A DNA stretch of 64,000 bases from Nanoarchaeota archaeon SCGC AAA011-D5 (GTDB taxonomy: Archaea; Nanobdellota; Nanobdellia; Pacearchaeales; GW2011-AR1), in assembly GCA_000405225.1 (NCBI GenBank), contig ASMP01000001.1, positions 136,496 through 200,495 of the forward strand. Direction: 5' to 3'. The notes under the pieces are model-generated. The model had not been told where the DNA came from and did not search any database. It saw only the letters and a list, made by a program, of their open reading frames with translations. Of the stretch, positions 1 through 8,460 are shown piece by piece. Position 1 is the stretch's first letter. The number at the start of each line of letters is the position of its first letter. A program made the position numbers and the translations under genes.

Positions 1-7
1 GGCATTC

Positions 8-199
8 ATGTTAAGCAAAAAAAATACCGCGGTTTTTTATTATGACTTTTGCAAGGAAAGTGAAATTAAAAATATTGTTAATAAGATAGAGTTAGCAGCC
101 AAAAAATCCGGAAGGAAAATTAAAATATTAAAAATTAAAAAAGCCGGTGAGATTGCCCCTTACAAATACAGAATTCGCGTGGATTTCAAAGTGCTTTAA
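8..199 (+). CDS. hypothetical small Lys-rich protein; frame is open to the window edge so it may be the 3' part of a longer gene
   Basis: 63-aa ORF from track, no recognisable motif, convergent with the ATPase gene. Confidence 0.25.
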   Translation: MLSKKNTAVFYYDFCKESEIKNIVNKIELAAKKSGRKIKILKIKKAGEIAPYKYRIRVDFKVL

Positions 200-213
200 G
201 GTGGTTTTTGGTT

Positions 214-1527
214 TTAAAGCCTTTTTTCTTCCCTGATAGCTGTCGGAGCCTCTCCGCCATGCCATGTGAATCTGGGACGCACTCGTATTGAATAAATTCT
301 CTCTGAATTATCATCTAGAATAATCGCACTTCCCTTCAAACTCGGAAGGTCGTCCATCTGTTTTTTTATGCTTTCCAGTATGTAGGACTGCATTATGTAA
401 TTAAGTGCCTCAACGTCCGGCTTAGAGGTCACACGATGGGCTATCACCACATCTGACTGAGTCATTACGTCACGATGGATTTGGCCTGGCTGCTGGGTAG
501 CCAAAACAAGGGAAATTCCCGGCTGCCTTCCCTCTCTAAGAAGCTGAATCAGGGCATCTGTTGCAGCTGTTTTTTCTGAAAGAGGCAGGAATTCGTGAGC
601 TTCATCAATGAATATCCAGACCAAAGGATTTTCTCTCTTCAGTTCTCCTGAAAAGTATTCAAGGCCGCGTGAAACAGAATCAATTTCTTCTTCTTTTCTT
701 GAAGCCATTCTTTGGTTGAATATTTTTCTTGAGATAAGGCTTATTGCCAGAGCCCTTATGTTAAAGGCTCCGACAGCATTGTAGACGCTTAAATCTAGGA
801 CAGTGGTTGTTCCTGCGCTTATCAGATTTTCAACCTTTGTGGCTTCCATGTCTTTTTTTGCAAATATGCCCCAGGTATCGGCTGCCTCGAATAAACTAGT
901 TGCGGCATCTCTTGTCTCAGAAGAAGTTTTATCGTCTTTTCCCAATGAATCAAGAACGTCGTCTAAATCATAACCTCCCTGCTCTTTTAGCTTTGTAATG
1001 GTCCTTTGTATGAGAACAGAGACAGGATTGACAATGCCAAGCCCAAAGGTAAGAATCCAGTCCTCAGCTGTTAACTCTGCTACATCCAAAGCAAAAGAAT
1101 CGTCTGCAGGAATCCCTTTTTCCAGATATGAATCATAATGGCCGAATGGAACAAAAATCTTTACAGGAAGGTTCTTTTGCTTCAGGCCCCATTCCTGCAA
1201 AAGATCTTTATCTTTTTCATTTTTAAATTTCATAGTCCAGTATATTCCCATCGTGTCAAATATCAGGGAACATATGTTCTCCCTGATTTCTTTTGGAAGA
1301 GATGAAAGCTCTTCTGCGATGACTCCAAGAGTGTAAGATTTTCCAGAGCCCCTCTTCCCAGCCACAAGAACGACATGGCTTCTTGCTACATCCATAAAAA
1401 TTTTGTTGCTAAGAGAAGTGTATTGACCCATGCGAACATATCCTTTTCCAAGATATATGAGACCGCGGTCACCAAAAGCTTTTTTATCCGAAGCCTCCCT
1501 GCCAACGACAATGTCATAAGCCATCAA
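214..1527 (-). CDS. HerA/FtsK-like P-loop ATPase (DUF87 / COG0433 type)
   Basis: Walker A GKRGSGKSYT, Walker B-like VWIFIDEAHEF, LATQQPGQIHRDV region; size typical of archaeal DUF87 ATPases. Confidence 0.75.
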   Translation of the reverse strand: MMAYDIVVGREASDKKAFGDRGLIYLGKGYVRMGQYTSLSNKIFMDVARSHVVLVAGKRGSGKSYTLGVIAEELSSLPKEIRENICSLIFDTMGIYWTMKFKNEKDKDLLQEWGLKQKNLPVKIFVPFGHYDSYLEKGIPADDSFALDVAELTAEDWILTFGLGIVNPVSVLIQRTITKLKEQGGYDLDDVLDSLGKDDKTSSETRDAATSLFEAADTWGIFAKKDMEATKVENLISAGTTTVLDLSVYNAVGAFNIRALAISLISRKIFNQRMASRKEEEIDSVSRGLEYFSGELKRENPLVWIFIDEAHEFLPLSEKTAATDALIQLLREGRQPGISLVLATQQPGQIHRDVMTQSDVVIAHRVTSKPDVEALNYIMQSYILESIKKQMDDLPSLKGSAIILDDNSERIYSIRVRPRFTWHGGEAPTAIREEKRL

Positions 1528-1591
1528 AAGAAAAAGCGGAAGATGTTTATAAAATTACTTCTGCAAGAGAGTGTTAATCATTTTCTATATT

Positions 1592-2149
1592 TTAAATAAC
1601 TCTTGGGTCTCCGTGTTCTTGTTTGTTCTTTAATATGCGCCTGAATTCATGATAATGAGAAGATATGGTTTCAAGTCTTATTCTTCCTAATTTTATCGGA
1701 TTCCAAATTGCTACCGAAGGAAGTGAATATTTTCCATCATACTTTTTTATTGTTATTCTCGATTCCCAGTAGTCTGTCCATTTCTTTTTTATTGCTTCTT
1801 CTGACTTGCCTTTGTTTCGAAACAGATGAGCCTCTTCGACAACATAAGCCTTATCAGATGGCAGAAGTCTGAAGCTAAGGAGAACCAGACGATCTTCTCT
1901 TACTAAATGATATGCAAGGGAACCCCAGATACCTGGAAATTCACGATTGTTTATCCAAGAATCAGGCAAAGGATCAAGAAGTGTGCTTACAACACTTTCA
2001 TGGGCTTCATCAGGAAGATTGAGCCCACCTATTTGGTCTATAAAAAGACTTACTGGCCGTATCCCCCTTAACCCATATCTTTCTCCCGTTTTCATTCCTT
2101 TATATGACTTCGGTGTTGTATAATGATATACTATAGGAAGATTATTCAT
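1592..2149 (-). CDS. hypothetical protein, same-strand neighbour between rfcL and the HerA-like ATPase
   Basis: 185-aa ORF, normal composition, short intergenic gaps to both neighbours; no motif recognised. Confidence 0.5.
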   Translation of the reverse strand: MNNLPIVYHYTTPKSYKGMKTGERYGLRGIRPVSLFIDQIGGLNLPDEAHESVVSTLLDPLPDSWINNREFPGIWGSLAYHLVREDRLVLLSFRLLPSDKAYVVEEAHLFRNKGKSEEAIKKKWTDYWESRITIKKYDGKYSLPSVAIWNPIKLGRIRLETISSHYHEFRRILKNKQEHGDPRVI

Positions 2150-2183
2150 GTTGTAAATTAAGAATATAAAGATTTTTTAAATT

Positions 2184-3383
2184 TTATTGGGTTGGATTAT
2201 GGTCTTTACTAAGATACTCCACTTCTTCCTCAGAAAGCCTGAGTTCTTTCTGGACTTCAGGGCTCAGGAGGAAATGTTTTATCATTGCAAACTCGGCCAT
2301 TGCTCTTTTTTCCCCTATGTGGACATATTGTGCATATTTGGCTGCAATGGCCTTCTTTTTTTCTATCCTCTTATTGCTGAGCCATATCTTTAAAATTCTT
2401 GTTGGCTTTTTATAGCTTGTAAATCCTGTTTTGATATTCTTTTTTGAACTGGAAATTCCGTAACTCAGCAATGCATTTTCATAAATGAGAAAACGCCAGT
2501 ACTGCTGCCTGTAAATCCTTTTTTTGAAGATATCCACCCTGCTCAGCATATCTATCGCTCTTGCAAGCTCTTCTCCGGAATACTCTATTGGAAGATTTTC
2601 TTCAACCCATAGCATTATCTCTTCCAGAGGCATATTCACAGAATCAAAAAGCTGCAACATGCTTTCTGTCGGCTTTCCCTTGAAAATCATCCTCAAGGCA
2701 GAGAAAATATCCATACCCTTGTTTCTTTCATCGAAGATTATTTCCTCTGGTTTTGGCATGCCTGAAGCCGTCTGTAGGTCATTTATTGCAGCCCTTAAGT
2801 CTCCGCGGGCCTTTACGGCGATATTTGTAAGGACATCTATATCAAGGAATTTTTTTTCTTTTCTCAGGATTGATATCATGGCGTTTTTTATCGTTTTGTA
2901 GTCTATCTCTTTTAACTGAATGAGGTCTGATTTTTTTCTCAGCCCGGTAAACTTCCTGTTCCAGATGTCATTTGCAGTGATTATCATAGGATATGCGGAA
3001 GATTCCACCAAGGCGAGGAGCTCAAGGAGGCCTCCTCTGTCTGTTTCTGAAATCCCGTCAACTTCGTCAACGAGAATTATCTTGTTCTTTTTTGTCAGGG
3101 ATTTTTGCTCTGTTGCAGGCTTTAATATCTCCAAGAGTTTTTCTCTGTTCCTGAGATCAGAAGCATTCAATTCAAAAAGCTCTGCTTTATTTTCATTTGC
3201 AGTAGCATATGCGAGGCTTGTTTTCCCTGTTCCAGGAGGCCCGTGGATTATCACAGCCCTGTTTCCACCACCTATGCCGAATTTTTTCAAGAACTCTTTC
3301 AGAAAAAAAACAGCCTGCTCCTGGCCCTCTACTTCTGAAAAATTCTTTGGCCTGTATTTTTCTGTCCAGGTTATTTCTGCCAT
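2184..3383 (-). CDS. rfcL: replication factor C large subunit
   Basis: TEKYRPKNFSEVEGQ box, Walker A GPPGTGKTS, ILVDEVDG; start moved to MAEITW (3383) so it does not overlap rfcS. Confidence 0.85.
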   Translation of the reverse strand: MAEITWTEKYRPKNFSEVEGQEQAVFFLKEFLKKFGIGGGNRAVIIHGPPGTGKTSLAYATANENKAELFELNASDLRNREKLLEILKPATEQKSLTKKNKIILVDEVDGISETDRGGLLELLALVESSAYPMIITANDIWNRKFTGLRKKSDLIQLKEIDYKTIKNAMISILRKEKKFLDIDVLTNIAVKARGDLRAAINDLQTASGMPKPEEIIFDERNKGMDIFSALRMIFKGKPTESMLQLFDSVNMPLEEIMLWVEENLPIEYSGEELARAIDMLSRVDIFKKRIYRQQYWRFLIYENALLSYGISSSKKNIKTGFTSYKKPTRILKIWLSNKRIEKKKAIAAKYAQYVHIGEKRAMAEFAMIKHFLLSPEVQKELRLSEEEVEYLSKDHNPTQ

Positions 3384-3408
3384 TTTAACTAAAACTGCGA
3401 TATTTTCA

Positions 3409-4368
3409 TTATTTTCCCAAGCCCGCAAGCACAAAACTTGCCAGAAGGGATTGCAACTGAATGAAGGGGTCAGAGCCCTCGACCATTCTGAACTCTGCCT
3501 CGCCTGTTTTTTCTATAAGCTTCACCTTTATTTCAGGCTCTACAGGGAGATTCCAGATTTCTTTCTGGACAGATTTTATCACATCCTGACCGGAAATGCT
3601 CTCCCTGAGCATCACATCCAGGAGTTTCTCTCTTGATTTCTGGAAATCTCCAGAGATTGCGTAGTCTAATACAACCCGTATATCTTTTGGCTTTGCGCTG
3701 GAAATAATAGTTGACACAAGGTCATAATTTATTGACGGAGATATGGATGCTGTTGATTGCAGGATGTTTATCATTCTTCTGCAGTCTCCCTCGCTCCCCT
3801 CATAAATTATCTCAAGGGCATCAGGGTTTATTGTTAATTTTTCCCCTTCTGCTATTTTTTTAATTACTTTTTCTATGTCTTTTTTTTCCAGAATCTTGAA
3901 CCTAAAAATTGCACAACGAGATTGTATGGGGTCTATGACTTTGGTGGAATAATTGCAGGAAAGGATGAATCTGCATGTCGTCGAATAATTCTCCATAGTT
4001 CTCCTCAGGGCCTGCTGCGCTTCAGGAGTCAGGGCATCGGCTTCATCCAGAAAGATTATTTTGAAAGGGACGTTTCCTATAGACTTTGTCCTCGCAAAAT
4101 TTTTGACTTTCTCCCTTACAACATTAATCCCGCGCTCATCAGAGGCATTCAGTTCCAGATAATTTTCATGCCAGTATTTACCAAAAATTTCCTTGACAAT
4201 TACCAAGGCCAGAGTTGACTTTCCTGTTCCTGGGGGCCCTGCAAAAAGGAGATGAGGTATGTTAAGGGAATTCGTGAGGGATTCGACTTTCTTGACCGTA
4301 TTATCCTGCCCGACAATTTCTGAGAATTTTGAAGGTCTGTATTTTTCTGTCCAGATTTCAGAAGCCAT
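3409..4368 (-). CDS. rfcS: replication factor C small subunit
   Basis: TEKYRPSKFSEIVGQ, GPPGTGKST, IIFLDEADALT, SRC motif PIQSRCAIFRF. Confidence 0.9.
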   Translation of the reverse strand: MASEIWTEKYRPSKFSEIVGQDNTVKKVESLTNSLNIPHLLFAGPPGTGKSTLALVIVKEIFGKYWHENYLELNASDERGINVVREKVKNFARTKSIGNVPFKIIFLDEADALTPEAQQALRRTMENYSTTCRFILSCNYSTKVIDPIQSRCAIFRFKILEKKDIEKVIKKIAEGEKLTINPDALEIIYEGSEGDCRRMINILQSTASISPSINYDLVSTIISSAKPKDIRVVLDYAISGDFQKSREKLLDVMLRESISGQDVIKSVQKEIWNLPVEPEIKVKLIEKTGEAEFRMVEGSDPFIQLQSLLASFVLAGLGK

Positions 4369-4480
4369 TTTATATGTTATTTAAGGACAAATTTATTCAA
4401 CTTGTCACACCAATTTTACCTTTGGTGCAAGGCATAATTTTCTAAGAGTGTCTGGCTTATAAATATTGTTGTGCTTTTGC

Positions 4481-4597
4481 TTACACAGACCTTTCACGCC
4501 TTAATTTTCTCTTGCGTTTTTCCTTTCTAAGGCGCTTTCTCTGCCATTTCCACCGCATCTGCCCTTTCTTTTTCCATCGTCGTGATGAGCGTTTCAT
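4481..4597 (-). CDS. rpl41e: ribosomal protein eL41 (38-aa ORF; the 25-aa version from the internal ATG at 4558 matches eL41 length)
   Basis: Not in ORF track. Hand translation MKRSSRRWKKKGQ-MRWKWQRKRLRKEKRKRKLRRERSV; last 25 aa align about 14/25 with eukaryotic eL41 [25 protein letters not shown]. Confidence 0.5.
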   Translation of the reverse strand: MKRSSRRWKKKGQMRWKWQRKRLRKEKRKRKLRRERSV

Positions 4598-4655
4598 AAT
4601 TGATTCTGGCGAAAACTATTTATAAAGATTTCCAATTGCCTATATTTAGCTAAGG

Positions 4656-5087
4656 TTATCTGGTGACTATGTGAAGAAAAAGAAGTCTATCAAGAGCTTT
4701 TTCATCCCTGAATATATAATCTTTTATTTTTGATGCCAGCATTCTTCCATCATTGTCCAATGCCAGTTTAATCTTTTCGGCATCTTTTGACAGAATTGCT
4801 TGATTGATCACTATTATGTGCCCTCCTATGATTTTTGGATTAATTAATACATTCTCTCTTTTTATATTCAGATCATTATCCTCGTCTCTTTTGTTGTTAA
4901 TTTCAACAAAAAATGATTTTTCATTTTTTCTGTGAGCTAATAGTAAAGTTATGAGCTTATGAAAAACATAACTCAAGTTAATATAATCAATACTATCAAT
5001 AATCTTCTCAAATTCTAAGAGATTCCTAAAAATCTCTTCGTGTTCCATTTTTAGATGAGTTACACTATTCATAAAAAATAAAAGCAT
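4656..5087 (-). CDS. hypothetical protein (weak hemerythrin/HHE-like His-Glu pattern)
   Basis: 143-aa ORF; MEHEEIF...HKLITLLLAHRKNEKSFF helical His/Glu pattern only. Confidence 0.35.
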   Translation of the reverse strand: MLLFFMNSVTHLKMEHEEIFRNLLEFEKIIDSIDYINLSYVFHKLITLLLAHRKNEKSFFVEINNKRDEDNDLNIKRENVLINPKIIGGHIIVINQAILSKDAEKIKLALDNDGRMLASKIKDYIFRDEKALDRLLFLHIVTR

Positions 5088-5173
5088 AACTTTTATATAA
5101 AATCTTGTAAACTTTTACCAGTGATAAAAGTAAAAATTGACTTTTTCATAAAATTTTGCAAATTCTGTAACAA

Positions 5174-5782
5174 TTACTTCAAAATCTTACCAGTTTCCAG
5201 ATGCCACAGGTATAAATCAAGCTCCCCGAGGCCCAGATTTGTTTTTTCAGCAATTTTTTCCAGAACAGACTCAATTTCAAGATATTTTTTTTCTGTCAGT
5301 GTTTTTGGCTTTTCAGTTAATCCGTTTCTAACAAGAAAGTCAATTATATGGAAATCTATTATTGCATAATTACTGAAACCTATATTGCGCAGGAAATGAG
5401 ACGCTTCTTTCATTCCGAGGCCCTTTATGTTTTTAACAAGAGATTCCCTGATATTTTCATCTTTAAGGTTTATTTTTTTGAAGTTTTCCCTTGCTTCAAT
5501 GATAAACTTTGCCCTTGAATTTGGAAACCTATGTCCCAAACGAGTCAATAATTTAGATAACTGTTTCTCAGATAAATGCAAGAAACCGTCTCCAATTTCC
5601 TTCTGTATTTTTATTCCGCCTCGCGCATTGAAATTTGCAGTAAGAAGGCAGAAGCAGAGCTCCTTGAAAATTTCCTCATTGGATTTTGCACCCAAGTCCC
5701 CAAATTCTTTCATTCTTTGGGAAATTATTTTGCTAATAGAAGAAACTTTCAGCTGCTCAATTTTGAAAATTATCTCTTTCAT
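5174..5782 (-). CDS. ogg: 8-oxoguanine DNA glycosylase/lyase, archaeal Ogg2-like HhH-GPD enzyme
   Basis: GLGMKEASHFLRNIG hairpin-helix with Lys and downstream AIIDFHI Asp; about 200 aa; 4-nt overlap with nth. Confidence 0.65.
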   Translation of the reverse strand: MKEIIFKIEQLKVSSISKIISQRMKEFGDLGAKSNEEIFKELCFCLLTANFNARGGIKIQKEIGDGFLHLSEKQLSKLLTRLGHRFPNSRAKFIIEARENFKKINLKDENIRESLVKNIKGLGMKEASHFLRNIGFSNYAIIDFHIIDFLVRNGLTEKPKTLTEKKYLEIESVLEKIAEKTNLGLGELDLYLWHLETGKILK

Positions 5783-6399
5783 CTTATTTTTCTGATGTTT
5801 TCAATGATTTTATCTTTTTGTTTCCTGCTTGTATGGGTTTTTCCAAAACGCACAAGAGTTAAATTAATTTTGTTCCAGTATTTTTTAGGGAATAGTCTCC
5901 TTAGCTCTTCCTCTACTTTATGGGGGTTTTTATTCCTTGCCCAGCCAAGTTTTCTTGAGATATAAAAAACATGCGTGTCAACAGGAAGCGCATCTTTTCC
6001 CTGTTCGGCTAAAAAAACATTTGCAGTCTTTCTTCCAACACCCGGAAGCGAAAGCAGCGCCTCAAAATCATAAGGAACTTTACCTTTGAAATTTTTAACC
6101 AGATATTGAGAGCATTTAATGATGTTCTTAGCCTTAGTCTTATAAAAGTTTACAGGCCTTATTATCTTGCTGATATTCTTTATCTTTCCTTTAGCCAGCT
6201 TCTGGGGATTCTTGTATTTTTCAAATAATTTTTCTGCTACAGGAATTGTTGTCTCGTCCCTGGTTCTCGCAGAAAGAATTGTTGATATAAGAATTTCATA
6301 GTCATTTTTCCAGTCTTCAGCAGCCAGACGCATGGGTCTTCCAAGCCCGGCAAGTTCTTTTAACTGTTTCATAGCTGTTTTTGTGTCCATTTTAAACAT
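5779..6399 (-). CDS. nth: endonuclease III-like DNA glycosylase without the C-terminal 4-Cys cluster
   Basis: ILSARTRDETT, LPGVGRKTANVFL (catalytic Lys), VDTHV (Asp); C-terminus has no Cys residues. Confidence 0.8.
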   Translation of the reverse strand: MFKMDTKTAMKQLKELAGLGRPMRLAAEDWKNDYEILISTILSARTRDETTIPVAEKLFEKYKNPQKLAKGKIKNISKIIRPVNFYKTKAKNIIKCSQYLVKNFKGKVPYDFEALLSLPGVGRKTANVFLAEQGKDALPVDTHVFYISRKLGWARNKNPHKVEEELRRLFPKKYWNKINLTLVRFGKTHTSRKQKDKIIENIRKIR

Positions 6400-6413
6400 A
6401 ATTTAAATCAAAA

Positions 6414-6426
6414 ACGCCCCGACCGA
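6414..6426 (-). repeat. copy A of the tRNA-Glu 3'-end core (plus-strand acgccccgaccga)
   Basis: 13/13 identity to the 3' end of both tRNA-Glu genes; lies between the toxin gene stop and the nth start. Confidence 0.8.
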
Positions 6427-6448
6427 ACTACGACAGGGCGTAGGACAT

Positions 6449-6772
6449 TTATGTAAATTTAAACAATTTTTCATAATCCTTATGATCCATCCAGTCAAGA
6501 ACTATGGCTAAAACTTCAACTTCATTATTTGTAATGGTATAAAGCAATCTCCAATCCTTTCTAAGATTATAAATCCAAAGATTATTTATATTATATCTCT
6601 GAATTAATTCTTTTGGAATTAGATTCTTTTTTACATTTCTTCCAAAGAAGGCATCTTGTCTTATTTTATTAAGAGCATTTTCTATTTCCTTAAAAAGTCT
6701 TTCATCTTCATCTTTTAGTCTCTCAAATGCTTCCTTCAAATCATTATCTGCGAAGATTACTTTGGATTCCAT
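6449..6772 (-). CDS. RelE/ParE-family toxin
   Basis: C-terminal LWIYNLRKDWRLLYTITNNEVEVLAIVLDWMDHKDYEKLF resembles the RelE/StbE pattern; 16-nt overlap with upstream partner. Confidence 0.6.
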   Translation of the reverse strand: MESKVIFADNDLKEAFERLKDEDERLFKEIENALNKIRQDAFFGRNVKKNLIPKELIQRYNINNLWIYNLRKDWRLLYTITNNEVEVLAIVLDWMDHKDYEKLFKFT

Positions 6773-7065
6773 TCCAGGTTTTTTCTATCTTTGTATTTTT
6801 TATATAATGCTGGATTCCAGATATAAACAACATATCCTTCATTATCATAAGCAATTTTTAATGTGCTTTCAAGGTATTCCATAATCACTTGAAAAGTTTG
6901 CCACATCACTTTTTTTGGTAGTTTATTAAAAAGCTCTGTTTTCTTGTAAGCACCAGAATTATCATCAATGAACTTTTCTACCATTAAAACAGTTTGAAGA
7001 GTTGGGCTTCTGGCTATCTCATTAGTTTCTGCATAAGTTTTCCTGCCCTTTATTTGCGGTTGCAT
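6757..7065 (-). CDS. putative antitoxin/partner of the RelE-like toxin
   Basis: Overlaps toxin start; start set to MQPQIK (7065) because a TTTATAAAG box lies about 25 nt upstream; no family recognised. Confidence 0.4.
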   Translation of the reverse strand: MQPQIKGRKTYAETNEIARSPTLQTVLMVEKFIDDNSGAYKKTELFNKLPKKVMWQTFQVIMEYLESTLKIAYDNEGYVVYIWNPALYKKYKDRKNLEWNPK

Positions 7066-7133
7066 TATAGTATCAATTGATATGACTTTATAAATCTTTT
7101 TCTTTTTCACCTATCTTTAACCTGAAGTTATAG

Positions 7134-7144
7134 CGCCCCGACCG
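7134..7144 (-). repeat. copy B of the tRNA-Glu 3'-end core (cgccccgaccg)
   Basis: 11-nt match at the boundary between the lipoprotein unit and the toxin-antitoxin unit. Confidence 0.6.
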
Positions 7145-7202
7145 TAACCAGTATAAAGTTTTACGGGTTAGGTACAATAAGGTGTAAGAAAGAAGTTTAG
7201 AT

Positions 7203-7733
7203 TTATTTTTTCTTTGTTTTGTTTGCAGAATCTAAATCTTTAAAATAAACTTCAGCAGCAACCAAATATCCTTCTACCCTAATGCTATTAACTTCTTGGA
7301 TATTATACTTTCCACTATTTACTATAGCCTCTAATCTTGGGTTAATCTCCTCTTGTATATTATTCAAGTGATTTTTATCACTATGAATAAAAATAACTCT
7401 TAATCTTGTATTATCACAATCTTCATCTTCAGCTACACTATACTTAACTTCCGCTAAAGTTAAATAAACATCTGAATAAGCAGTCTTAACAGAAATAATA
7501 TTATATCCTCCCCTATTGATAACATTTTCCAGTTTCTCTCTAATCTCCTTTTGTTGATTATTCCAGTGATTTTTATCACTGGTTATTGTCATAATCCTGA
7601 CGTTTTTTCCATCCTTTATAGTTTGACAAAAAACATTTTTTTGTTGTGTTGTTATAGTATCTTGACCACATCCAGAAAAAGCAAGTGCTCCTCCCAGAAC
7701 CAATGCAGCTAAAGTATTCTTTATTTTTCCCAT
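7203..7733 (-). CDS. lipoprotein with an internal two-fold domain repeat
   Basis: Signal peptide plus lipobox-like AFSGCG; repeated segments ITSDKNHWNNQQKEI...GGYNI and IHSDKNHLNNIQEEI...GKYNI. Confidence 0.6.
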   Translation of the reverse strand: MGKIKNTLAALVLGGALAFSGCGQDTITTQQKNVFCQTIKDGKNVRIMTITSDKNHWNNQQKEIREKLENVINRGGYNIISVKTAYSDVYLTLAEVKYSVAEDEDCDNTRLRVIFIHSDKNHLNNIQEEINPRLEAIVNSGKYNIQEVNSIRVEGYLVAAEVYFKDLDSANKTKKK

Positions 7734-7758
7734 AAATTATTTAAAAATTCTCTCTTTT

Positions 7759-7809
7759 TAAACTTTATGGTTTTGTGTTACTTTCAAGTTAAGACACGCC
7801 CCGACCGAG
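7759..7809 (-). repeat. copy C: tRNA-Glu 3'-end core (7796-7809) plus 38-nt trailer/promoter module (7759-7796)
   Basis: Core 14/14 identical; trailer 37/38 identical to 8302-8339 next to the real tRNA. Confidence 0.85.
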
Positions 7810-7865
7810 TGTGTATCAAAAGTGATACAAGCCCCAGATATTTAGAAAAGTTTAGAGAAGTAAAT

Positions 7866-8276
7866 CTAATGAATAATCTCTATATCATCTGGATCAACAA
7901 TTCCCAATCTATCAGAATTAAATAATTCTTCACCTGAAATCCTTCTCTTTAACCTCAATGGAAATCTTATTTTTGTTCCAATTTCAATAGTTGCTGCGAG
8001 ATTGTACGCTGTGTGGGATCCTGAACTTCCAGACATATCGTCTACATCCACCTCAATTGTATAAATCCCCTGTGGTGTTTCGACTCTTAATCCATAATTT
8101 GGATTTCCTAATTTAACTGACTCGTTTCCGAATAATGCTCCACTTGATTCTTCAATTCTTGAAATATTCCCATATTCACTAAGAACTCTTCCTTCCACAA
8201 AATTTTCAGGTTTTATTCCACAACCAACCACACCCAATGTCCCAGCCAAAATAAGGCTTGTTAATATTTTTCTCAT
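7866..8276 (-). CDS. small lipoprotein
   Basis: Signal peptide and LGVVGCG lipobox-like Cys; unrelated in sequence to the neighbouring lipoprotein. Confidence 0.6.
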   Translation of the reverse strand: MRKILTSLILAGTLGVVGCGIKPENFVEGRVLSEYGNISRIEESSGALFGNESVKLGNPNYGLRVETPQGIYTIEVDVDDMSGSSGSHTAYNLAATIEIGTKIRFPLRLKRRISGEELFNSDRLGIVDPDDIEIIH

Positions 8277-8341
8277 AAATTTTTGATGAGTTTCCTATTT
8301 ATAAACTTTATGGTTTTATGTTACTTTCAAGTTAAGACAAA

Positions 8342-8459
8342 CGCCCCGACCGAGATTCGAACTCGGGTCACGGCCGTGCTTCATCGCTTCGCTCTGAATC
8401 AAACGTCAAAGCGTTGCCATTTGAGAGGGCCGCATTCTTGGCCTCTGAACTATCGGGGC
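8342..8459 (-). tRNA. tRNA-Glu(CUC) with a 45-nt intron after position 37
   Basis: Hand-folded: GCCCCGA/TCGGGGC acceptor, D arm GTTC..GAAT, anticodon stem CGGCC/GGCCG, loop CTCTCA[intron]C, T arm CCGAG TTCGAAT CTCGG; exons nearly identical to the intronless UUC isoacceptor. Confidence 0.85.
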
Positions 8460-8460
8460 T

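Noticed and set aside
2524-3636. Long plus-strand ORFs (2524-2901, 2920-3636) opposite rfcL/rfcS
   Set aside because: These are shadow ORFs of strongly supported minus-strand genes. Their translations are Ser/Phe/Ile-rich low-complexity with no motifs.
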